In this document: piece by piece, positions 1 through 7,410 of the stretch
How positions within the stretch are numbered: the stretch's first letter is position 1
How the letters are laid out: every line of letters starts with the position of its first letter
DNA from: an uncultured Phycisphaeraceae bacterium
GTDB lineage: Bacteria > Planctomycetota > Phycisphaerae > UBA1845
Reading direction: 5' to 3'
Assembly (NCBI GenBank): GCA_964651325.1
Contig: CAZYXP010000001.1
Span: 1-50,083 of the forward strand
Length of the DNA: 50,083 nucleotides
Translations under genes and position numbers: made by a program
Notes under the pieces: generated by a model
The model's input: only the letters and a program-made list of their open reading frames with translations
Told to the model about the DNA's origin: nothing
Database searches by the model: none

Positions 1-1
1 A

Positions 2-2683
2 ATGGTCATGCGTGAATATCGTGCGCAGCGTTCGGTTCTCGCCCGCGTTGTTCAGCACGTCATCCGCGTACCAGCGCTGAACGGTTGTTTGTGCGCCGAG
101 CCATGCCCCACCAGGTCCCGATCCGAAGGTCGGGTGGGCCCGGGCCACGGGACATTCAAACGTCCCGTCGCGCGGATCGAGTTCGATGCAGCCGTTGTTC
201 GCGCGAATGGCGTGAATGCGCTCGCGGACCTCGTCAGGGCTGAACGTCCCGTCTTCGTAGTTCCATCCATTGCCCGAACCATCCGACGAGGTAACGTCGA
301 ATTTTACGAGGTGGATGTGTTGGCCGAGGATGTCCGTTGGCGTCCGAATCTGAAAGTCATCCAATTCATAGGTGCCGGGTACCAGGTTGGTGTGCTCATA
401 CGTAATGCAGCTGTCGGAATTCGCGCGAAAGAAGAACGGCTCCGGCGGCTTGGAGCCGTCTAGGAAGGCAGTCACGTCCTCCCACAACGAAAGCATACGC
501 GTCTGCGGAAAATGCCAACCCGCCTTGGTCAGTACGACGTCCAGTTGAATGGCCGCGGCCTTGTAAAGTCGCGCTATGCCTACGGGATTGCCGAGATCGT
601 CGATGCACGGCTCTGCATAAGGCGCGCCCGGTGCCGGCGGCAAACCGTTGAGCACGTAATCACCGGTGGTTCCATCCTGTCGATAACTTGGGTGGTAACG
701 CTGCGCGTGGTAGTCCATCGCCGCGATTTCCAACGGTGTACCGGTCTCCGGAACCTCAGTCGCAATAGCCGTCACCAGCTCCTTCGTGAAATCGAGGCGG
801 GTCTCGACGCTTAGGGTCGTGCCGCCCGTAATGAGGTGACGGGGCAAGCCGCCGTCGTCGATCGTGTCCAGCGGGGGATGTGCCGGGCGGTGTCCCATAA
901 CTCCAGCAATGAAGAATGGATAACCCGGGTTGCCCGCTCCGGTCACTTTGATCTGTCCGCCCGGCTGGCCGGGCACAGCTACGATTTCCACGGCCGCTTC
1001 AGGCATCGGCGCCATGATCAGTTCCGGGATCGGAACGACCGCGGGAATGGGCGTGCCGGCCACGATTTCCGCGTCGGGCAGCGCGCGAGCGCCGGGCACA
1101 GGGCGACCGTTGGCGTCGAGCTGGGTTCCCTCTTCGAAGACGTCGTGGGTTCGCCACAGATGCCACATGCCTTGAGCAAAATGGGGGTAGAAGTGGCAGT
1201 GGAAGATCGAGTCACCCACGGTCTGATTCCGGTTGCCGCTACCGCGATAGGGAATCTCAAGCGTGAAGGCGGCGCCAGGGCCGATCGCCTGGCTGTCCAG
1301 ATAGGCCGAGCTGCTTGCGTCTGGCGTGTACAGCCATTGATGGGCGTGCAGATGGTGAATGTGGTGCTCCTTCGGGCCGCCGTGGAGAATCCGAAATTTC
1401 ACATGGTCTCCGATGTAGCTGTGCGCCACATTTGAAGGATCGTCCGGATAGAGCGCCTTGGTCGCCTTGGGTCCAGGAACCGGAATCCCGTTGACATCCA
1501 GGTTGGCATTGGCCGGTATGTCCACATTCATGGCCGGATCGCCTACCGCCCATGCGGAAAGGAAGAACTCCTCATACTTACACTCGGTGCAGTCCCACAT
1601 CGGACCCACGCCGAAGCGATTGCCCAGAATCTCCGCGCCGATCCCGCCGGTACCGTAGTTGATACCAAACGCATCCACCACGCTGCTCAGCGTGTGCTGG
1701 AACACAGGATCATTGAAAATCGGAAACGCCTGCACGGCTCCGATTTCCCCTTCGTAGATAAACGTGAATTCACGGAATGACTGATCTCGGTCCGGATAAA
1801 TGGGGTTGGGCGGATAGGTTCCGGCGATGTGGTGCCCCCTTGCGGGGCCGGTGATAATGGCCGTGAGGTCCGTGTGCCGAATTTTTCCCCCGGCATCCAG
1901 CATCCGGTAGATGGGCCGACCCTCAAGGACATGGCCAACCGGGTAGACGGCGTCATAGTCGATGATGGGATGGCCGCCGGCGGTGGTTCCAGTTCGCGCC
2001 AGTTCGATGTCGTCTCGCGTGACCTGGCTGCGATACCATTCCGCACCGGCGGGCTCTACGTTGAGCGAGCCGTGCAGGCCCGGTGCCAGCTGCCCGCCGT
2101 CGCCCTGGCCACCGGTGGTGGCACCGGCGCTGTACAAGTGGTAGTTGCCCTCGCGCTCGGCGTACAGCAGATAAGTGGCCGATCCGCCCGGGGCGACCAG
2201 GCTCGACGCATTCCTGCCGACGTTTGAGCCGTCATCTTTGATCCCGCTAACAAGCTGCATCCCTGAAACGTGGACCGACGCCGATCGCGTGGCGGGCTGT
2301 TCGTTGTCGACCTTTGTGGGGGCGAGCAGATTGGTGAAATTGATTTCCAGGCAGTCTCCGACGTTCATTCTCAAGACGATGGGGCGCGCCCTTTTGTCTG
2401 ACCGCAGCCGCACGTTGCCCGGCGTGAGGGCTGTACCGCTAACGGGGATGACATCTTCGAGCAGCGCGAAGATCATGCCGTGGGGTTGAGTGACGCCCAT
2501 TCGGTTCCAGAAGAAGGATTGGTCCAGCGCGACCACATCGGCCGAAATGGTCCGATTGCACGTTTGGGCTTGCACCGAATTGCAAACGGTTACCGCCAAG
2601 AGCCCGATGACCCATGGGCTCCAAGATCCCGCACCGGTGCGGCGAGCCCATTGCGTGGCCCTATTCCACTTGATTAATGACAT
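2..2683 (-). CDS. Large multi-domain multicopper oxidase with signal peptide; 3' end runs off the left window edge (at least 894 aa visible)
   Basis: Absent from the ORF track because it has no stop in the window. Manual minus-strand translation from ATG (2683..2681; GAGGAG at 2695-2700, 11 nt upstream) stays open down to position 2. N-terminus is MSLIKWNRATQWARRTGAGSWSPWVIGLLAVTVCNSVQAQ. Contains HHIHHLHAH (1340-1366) and an exact type-1/trinuclear copper motif HCHFYPHFAQGM (1166-1201), then HIHLVKFD and FTHDH further on. No listed minus-strand ORF occupies this frame in 1..2700. Confidence 0.85.
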   Translation of the reverse strand, partial: MSLIKWNRATQWARRTGAGSWSPWVIGLLAVTVCNSVQAQTCNRTISADVVALDQSFFWNRMGVTQPHGMIFALLEDVIPVSGTALTPGNVRLRSDKRARPIVLRMNVGDCLEINFTNLLAPTKVDNEQPATRSASVHVSGMQLVSGIKDDGSNVGRNASSLVAPGGSATYLLYAEREGNYHLYSAGATTGGQGDGGQLAPGLHGSLNVEPAGAEWYRSQVTRDDIELARTGTTAGGHPIIDYDAVYPVGHVLEGRPIYRMLDAGGKIRHTDLTAIITGPARGHHIAGTYPPNPIYPDRDQSFREFTFIYEGEIGAVQAFPIFNDPVFQHTLSSVVDAFGINYGTGGIGAEILGNRFGVGPMWDCTECKYEEFFLSAWAVGDPAMNVDIPANANLDVNGIPVPGPKATKALYPDDPSNVAHSYIGDHVKFRILHGGPKEHHIHHLHAHQWLYTPDASSSAYLDSQAIGPGAAFTLEIPYRGSGNRNQTVGDSIFHCHFYPHFAQGMWHLWRTHDVFEEGTQLDANGRPVPGARALPDAEIVAGTPIPAVVPIPELIMAPMPEAAVEIVAVPGQPGGQIKVTGAGNPGYPFFIAGVMGHRPAHPPLDTIDDGGLPRHLITGGTTLSVETRLDFTKELVTAIATEVPETGTPLEIAAMDYHAQRYHPSYRQDGTTGDYVLNGLPPAPGAPYAEPCIDDLGNPVGIARLYKAAAIQLDVVLTKAGWHFPQTRMLSLWEDVTAFLDGSKPPEPFFFRANSDSCITYEHTNLVPGTYELDDFQIRTPTDILGQHIHLVKFDVTSSDGSGNGWNYEDGTFSPDEVRERIHAIRANNGCIELDPRDGTFECPVARAHPTFGSGPGGAWLGAQTTVQRWYADDVLNNAGENRTLRTIFTHDH

Positions 2684-3126
2684 ACTGATACGCGCTCCTC
2701 AATAGAAATCGACTGTTGTGCCTTTGTTTTGAATGACGCCGGGGACGACCCGCGCATGGCAGTCCATCGCCATGTCGGGTACCTATTCATTTGCACCGTG
2801 CAGGCATTCCATAAGTGTCAATAACAAGACACTTAAATGTCGTCGACCGCTTGATCGCTACCCTGCGTAGGTCTTTGACGTCTACGTACGGTGCATTCCC
2901 GCGCCGACGCACGGTTCCACGTATTCGTTTTTGGAAGCCAGCCAGAGTTGCGATCGCGACGCCGAAGCGGCACTATCGATCAGTGTTCATGGTCTCTTTG
3001 GTGCTTCCAGCCCTCCAATCTGCGAAGGCAATGTAATCAAAGTGTAGTCGCCCCGCAAGAGCAAAACGCAAGATTTGCAGAAAACTTCCGTGGTTGCTCC
3101 AAGAGAGCGACTTTCACATGGCACTA

Positions 3127-3221
3127 CGTCCTCATATTTAAGCATCGCGTGTCTTGTGTACGCGCGAACGGACGAAGTTGCTGATCGGCCGTGTCGGCGC
3201 TCGCGTCCTCATATTCAAGCA
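3127..3221. repeat. Two copies of the 18-nt direct repeat CGTCCTCATATT(T/C)AAGCA (3127-3144 and 3204-3221), 17/18 identical, 77-bp period
   Basis: Read directly from the sequence. Lies in the 1.2-kb non-coding gap between the divergent MCO and YVTN operon starts. Confidence 0.6.
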
Positions 3222-3872
3222 ATGCCAGTCGCTGCGCTGAATCGACGGCGTACGTTTGAACTATGATTGGTGTCTTTCGTCATTCGATTACCGGGCCGCG
3301 CGTCGTCGGCACACGGCGCCGCGTACCAACGTTGCGACCCTCCGTTGATCGCGCATCGGGTAACGAAAAGCCTATAAATAAAGGGGTTTCTGCGTACAGC
3401 GCGGCACCAAGGTTTCGCGGGTTATGGTCGGGCGCCAACGCTGCGATCCTGAAATAGAGGGACTGCAAGGCGCACGCAAGACGGGCGGGTTGCGCGAGAC
3501 CATTGCAGTTCTCGTCAATTCAAGCAAGAGCGATAATTTTGTCCAACGGAGAAGTCGCGCTGCACAGTCTCCGCGGCCGCGTGAGGAATCGTAAGCTCAA
3601 GAACGAGTGGCGTGCGTTGTTGGTACCCGTGGTGCTTGACCGTGAAGGTTATTGGCGGTGACTGGACTGCCGGTGCGGTAAGGGCTAGAATAGACGAAGA
3701 GATTGTCGAGTCACCGCGTCCGAATTCCAATGAGACAGATGAATGGTGCGAACTGAATCGGTCGCCGCTCACGGGCGGCGCGATGTATGGCGCACGATGG
3801 CTCGACGATCGCGGCAAGGTCCAGATCCAAGGATTCCATCCAATGAGAACTGCTAAGGGGTTGGTGTTGAAT

Positions 3873-5993
3873 ATGGAAATGGCAAACGCTGATGCGCAAA
3901 CAGCAGAGGTGTGTTCGAGCTCGAACGGTCCGCGGCGCGTTGGCAACTGCGTCTGTATCGGACTCCTGCTTACGGCATGTCTGGTCATGCCATCCTGCGC
4001 TCGGTCTAACAGCGCCGCACAGCATCAACCCGATCGCCCTGCGTCTGCAACGCCGGCGGGTCGCCGTATGGCCGACGGCGGCGGCGGCGCGGTCAAAACG
4101 GACCGTGCCCGCAAGCGTCCGAGAACGGCGCTCGATGAGGCCGACCCGGCGCCCGCAGCGCCCCTGGGGATTCAGGCGGTCGAACAGGTTGGCGTTGCGG
4201 TTGAGTGCACACTGACTCCGCTCGCATCCGATCGACCCCGGTCCATCGTCTACCCCGGCGACGACGTCGAGGTGCGCTTCCGCGTAACGGACGCCACGAC
4301 CAATTCGCCGCTGACCAACTTGAACCCTGCCGCGTGGGTGGATTCGCAGAATCCCGCCGCCTCCGAATCCTGTCGAGAAAAGATCCAGTCATTCCTGGTC
4401 GGAAGTCTCAGCGCTCGCGCAGAATTCGACCTTAACGTATTTTATGTCCTGGCGCTCAACGATGAGCCGAGCATCACAGTGGTGGATCCGCTGTTCAGCT
4501 ACGGCGGAAGCCGGCTCTTGGCCATGGTCCAATTGCCGAGCCCCGGTGAGGATTGGGTGCTCAGCGCCGATGGCAATCGGCTGTACGTGACCATGCCACT
4601 CGTGAATCTCGTGGGCGTGGTCAACACACGCACCTGGAAACTGATCCAAACCGTCGAGGTAGGAACCCAGCCCACTCGAATCCGAATGCAACCGGATGGA
4701 AAATACGTTTGGGTAAGCAACGTGAAACTCACCACTGGCGGTGGCGGACGGGTCGATGCCATAGACACCGACACGCTCAAGGTGGTCAGCCAGTTTCCGA
4801 TTGGCAGCGGGCATCACGATTTTGCATTCTCATCGGACTCGCATTTCGCCTATGTCTCGAATGACGAGACCGGAACCGTGTTCGTGCTAGACGTGCAGTC
4901 CATGGCCAAAGTGGCGACGCTGGATGTGGGGCCCTCCGCGGGCGGGTTGGCGTATTCGTCGGCCAGCAAGAGTGTTTACGTCGTAGACGGAGTTGGCGGC
5001 AACGTGGTTGTGATCGACGGCCGAACCCACGAAATCACCAAACGAATTGCTGATGCGCCAGGCCTCGGTGTGATCAAGACTGCGCCGCAGGATCGGTACG
5101 TCTTCGTCGCCAACGCTGAAACGGACACGGTGCATATCATCGACGCCGCCTCCAACAGCATCATCCAAACCGCAGACGTCGGACCCGGGCCCGATCAGAT
5201 CATCTTCTCGCTTAACCTGGCGTACATCCGATCCAAACGCACCGAAACCATCTTGATGATCCCGCTGGATATGGTGGGAACGGGCGGCTCGCTTTCCGTG
5301 GTCGATTTCACAGGAGGCCACGCGCCGTTCGGTCTGGCGGAGCGGCCGAGCATCGCCGACGGCATGGCCGCGGCCCCGAGCGGAGTCGCCGCGGTCATCG
5401 CGAATCCCATCGACAAGACCATCTACTACTACCGCGAGGGTATGGCCGCCCCCATGGGCGAATTCGACAATTACGGACGCGAGCCACGGGCGGTGATGGT
5501 GGTAGATCGGAGCCTCCAGGAGTCGACGCCAGGCGTCTACAGCACGACCGTTAGGCTATCTCACCGCGGAACGTACGACGTGGCGTTTCTCCTTGAGAGT
5601 CCGCGGGTCATCCACTGTTTCGAGCTTCAGGTGGACGATCGGCCAGGCGCATCCAAACCCAAGAGCGACTTGCCGGTTCAAATCGAGCCCATGATTGCCA
5701 CCAAGACGGTCGCTGTCGGTCAGCCCGTCCGGGTGCGTTTCAAGGTCAGCGCCTCCGATACCGGTCAACCCATTACGGACCTAGAGGACTTCAATGTATT
5801 GACGTTTGCCTCCGGAAACTGGCAGAAACGGCACACGGCCGAGAACCTGAGCAACGGGGAATATGGAGTGACGTTCACGCCGCCTGGTTCGGGCGTCTAT
5901 TATGTGTTCTGCCAGATTCCATCCATGAATATGGGCTATCGAAAACTACCCCATACGTCGGTCACCGTGACCGACAGCCCCGCTGGTCAATAA
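3873..5993 (+). CDS. YVTN-family beta-propeller lipoprotein flanked by Ig-like (YtkA/FixH-like) domains
   Basis: ORF 3612..5993. Start chosen at ATG 3873 (AAGGGG 12 nt upstream; 3843 and 3879 are alternatives) because the lipoprotein-type signal GPRRVGNCVCIGLLLTAC follows it. Repeated ...YV(S/T/A)N...V.V(I/L)D... units (LYVTMPLVNLVGVVNT, YVWVSNV, AYVSNDETGTVFVLDV, VYVVDGVGGNVVVIDG, VFVANAETDTVHIIDA). C-terminal beta-sandwich VGQPVRVRFKVSASDTGQPITDL. Confidence 0.8.
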   Translation: MEMANADAQTAEVCSSSNGPRRVGNCVCIGLLLTACLVMPSCARSNSAAQHQPDRPASATPAGRRMADGGGGAVKTDRARKRPRTALDEADPAPAAPLGIQAVEQVGVAVECTLTPLASDRPRSIVYPGDDVEVRFRVTDATTNSPLTNLNPAAWVDSQNPAASESCREKIQSFLVGSLSARAEFDLNVFYVLALNDEPSITVVDPLFSYGGSRLLAMVQLPSPGEDWVLSADGNRLYVTMPLVNLVGVVNTRTWKLIQTVEVGTQPTRIRMQPDGKYVWVSNVKLTTGGGGRVDAIDTDTLKVVSQFPIGSGHHDFAFSSDSHFAYVSNDETGTVFVLDVQSMAKVATLDVGPSAGGLAYSSASKSVYVVDGVGGNVVVIDGRTHEITKRIADAPGLGVIKTAPQDRYVFVANAETDTVHIIDAASNSIIQTADVGPGPDQIIFSLNLAYIRSKRTETILMIPLDMVGTGGSLSVVDFTGGHAPFGLAERPSIADGMAAAPSGVAAVIANPIDKTIYYYREGMAAPMGEFDNYGREPRAVMVVDRSLQESTPGVYSTTVRLSHRGTYDVAFLLESPRVIHCFELQVDDRPGASKPKSDLPVQIEPMIATKTVAVGQPVRVRFKVSASDTGQPITDLEDFNVLTFASGNWQKRHTAENLSNGEYGVTFTPPGSGVYYVFCQIPSMNMGYRKLPHTSVTVTDSPAGQ

Positions 5994-6013
5994 TACAAGA
6001 GAGAGCACGTCTC

Positions 6014-7327
6014 ATGAAAGTCGCTAAGAGCCATCGTATTGCTGTCCATGTCGTGGGTCTGGGGTCTGCTTTGGGCTGTCTGGTCTTGGGGACGGCGTGC
6101 GCTGCGGGGCGCATGACGGAAGATCGTTCCGTTCAATCCTCGCCTGCGGGCGACGCCAAAGCCGGCGCGCCCGACTGTTGCGCCAAGAAAAGCGAGCCGG
6201 AAGCTGCGAAAAATCTTTCCGCCACAACGCGCATGGACATTCCAGATGTGCAGTTGACGACCCACGATGGAAAGTCTGTAAAAGTGTTTTCGGACCTCAT
6301 CAAGGGGCGGACCGTGGCCATCAACACCTTCTTCACGTCGTGTACCACCATTTGTCCGCCGCTGATGGCCACCGTGGCCCGCGTTCAGCAAACCCTCATC
6401 GAGCAGGGTCGAGACGACGTCCAACTGATCTCGATCAGCGTGGATCCCACGACCGATACGCCGCGCCGCCTCAACGCCTGGAGCAAGAACTTCGACGCCC
6501 AACCCGGATGGAGCATGCTGACCGGCGACAAGGCTTCCGTGGATCGGCTGCTCAAAGCGATTCAATCGTTCACGGCCGATCCGCGGGATCATTCCCCGAT
6601 GATCTTGATCGGCAACGATAGCACAAACGTCTGGAAGCAGGTCTACGGACTCGCGCCGGCTGCGAAACTTGCCGATGCCATTATCGAGATTGCCGGCCCC
6701 AAGAAACTGGAGACGCAGACTCGCGCGGTCAAGACGGCAAGCGATCTTGATCAACCGAATCAACGGGCCGAGAACACGCCGGCGAGAAAGTACTTCACCG
6801 ATGTGGAGCTGATCGATCAGAATGGAAGAACCTGGCGGCTGTACAGCGATCTCATGCGCGCCCGCACGGTCGTGATCGATAGCTTCTTCTCTTCGTGCAA
6901 AGGCGTATGCCCCGTGCTCAACAAGAAGCTGACCGCGATTGCGGAGGCGTTTCCCGAACAGATGGGCAAAGAGCTGCTGCTTGTGTCGATCACGGTGGAT
7001 CCTCAGATCGATACGCCGGCGCGCCTCTATGAATACGCCAAGGAGCTCCATGCCGACCCGGGTTGGCTGTTTCTCACCGGCAGCCAGGAGAACCTCAGGA
7101 CCGCCCTGTCCAAGTTCGGCATGTACGTTGAGAACCGCGAGGACCACAGCAATCTCGTCATGATCGGCAACGATCAGACCGGCTTGTGGAAGAAGGCCTT
7201 CGGCCTGGCGCCGGACGATCAGCTCATGGAGCTTGTGACAGAAGTATTGCACGACCAAGGCGCAGATGGCACACAGGTCGTAGACGGCACAGACAGCGCT
7301 GGCGCCGGTAAGAACTCCGGCAACTAA
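6014..7327 (+). CDS. Tandem (duplicated) SCO1/SenC-family thioredoxin-like copper chaperone, lipoprotein
   Basis: Two SCO modules in one ORF, each with a CxxxC motif and a downstream DHS...(I/M)IGND: FFTSCTTICPP (Cys codons 6341, 6353) with DHSPMILIGND, and FFSSCKGVCPV (6896, 6908) with DHSNLVMIGND. Lipobox LVLGTAC. An extra CC pair occurs in APDCCAKK. Starts 20 nt after the YVTN stop. Confidence 0.85.
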   Translation: MKVAKSHRIAVHVVGLGSALGCLVLGTACAAGRMTEDRSVQSSPAGDAKAGAPDCCAKKSEPEAAKNLSATTRMDIPDVQLTTHDGKSVKVFSDLIKGRTVAINTFFTSCTTICPPLMATVARVQQTLIEQGRDDVQLISISVDPTTDTPRRLNAWSKNFDAQPGWSMLTGDKASVDRLLKAIQSFTADPRDHSPMILIGNDSTNVWKQVYGLAPAAKLADAIIEIAGPKKLETQTRAVKTASDLDQPNQRAENTPARKYFTDVELIDQNGRTWRLYSDLMRARTVVIDSFFSSCKGVCPVLNKKLTAIAEAFPEQMGKELLLVSITVDPQIDTPARLYEYAKELHADPGWLFLTGSQENLRTALSKFGMYVENREDHSNLVMIGNDQTGLWKKAFGLAPDDQLMELVTEVLHDQGADGTQVVDGTDSAGAGKNSGN

Positions 7328-7339
7328 TCTGCAGCCTGA

Positions 7340-7362
7340 GCCGCGGGCTTCAGCCCGCGCGG
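7340..7362 (+). other. GC-rich intercistronic stem-loop (CGCGGGC-ttca-GCCCGCG) between the SCO and cytochrome c genes
   Basis: 7-bp perfect stem at 7342-7348 / 7353-7359, extendable with a bulge. No U-tract follows. Confidence 0.4.
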
Positions 7363-7410
7363 CCATCGGACCGGACTAGGCGTCAACAACGTGCCACACG
7401 CTCAACGAGG

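Noticed and set aside
2-2253. Short ORFs listed across 2..2700 on both strands, e.g. 2..463 (+), 836..1435 (+), 1687..2046 (-) and 1829..2227 (+).
   Set aside because: All are out of frame with, or antisense to, the continuous multicopper-oxidase reading frame that the track could not list. None carries motifs.
3119-3134. TGGCAC-N5-CCTCA, resembling a sigma-54 -24/-12 promoter and overlapping the first 18-nt repeat.
   Set aside because: The -12 element lacks the TTGC/TGC core, the second repeat copy has no TGGCAC upstream, and no sigma-54 activator (AAA+ enhancer-binding protein) is encoded nearby.
3612-3872. 87-codon N-terminal extension of the YVTN ORF. Similar upstream extensions occur at 11493..11939, 18903..19088, 19596..19661, 25993..26181, 34878..34994, 36238..36390 and 31314..31436.
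   Set aside because: The track reports the longest possible ORF. In each case an internal start with a Shine-Dalgarno-like sequence is immediately followed by a signal peptide, prepilin leader or domain start. The extension is low-complexity, crosses repeat DNA or overlaps the upstream gene.
3515-3988. 157-aa minus-strand ORF in the long intergenic region, overlapping the YVTN gene start.
   Set aside because: It has no motifs, a Ser/Pro/Thr-rich low-complexity composition and no ribosome-binding site. It overlaps the better-supported plus-strand gene.
5987-7366. 459-aa minus-strand ORF, one of several very long antisense ORFs. The others are 13364..15073 (-), 24317..25402 (+), 46873..47940 (+), 39568..40482 (-), 10543..11424 (+), 31947..32699 (-) and 18765..19463 (+).
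   Set aside because: Each lies entirely opposite a gene with strong family motifs (SCO, kinase, PilB, BamA and others). Their translations are Arg/Ala/Gly/Pro-rich and low in complexity with no recognisable motifs. This is the usual shadow-ORF artefact of high-GC DNA.
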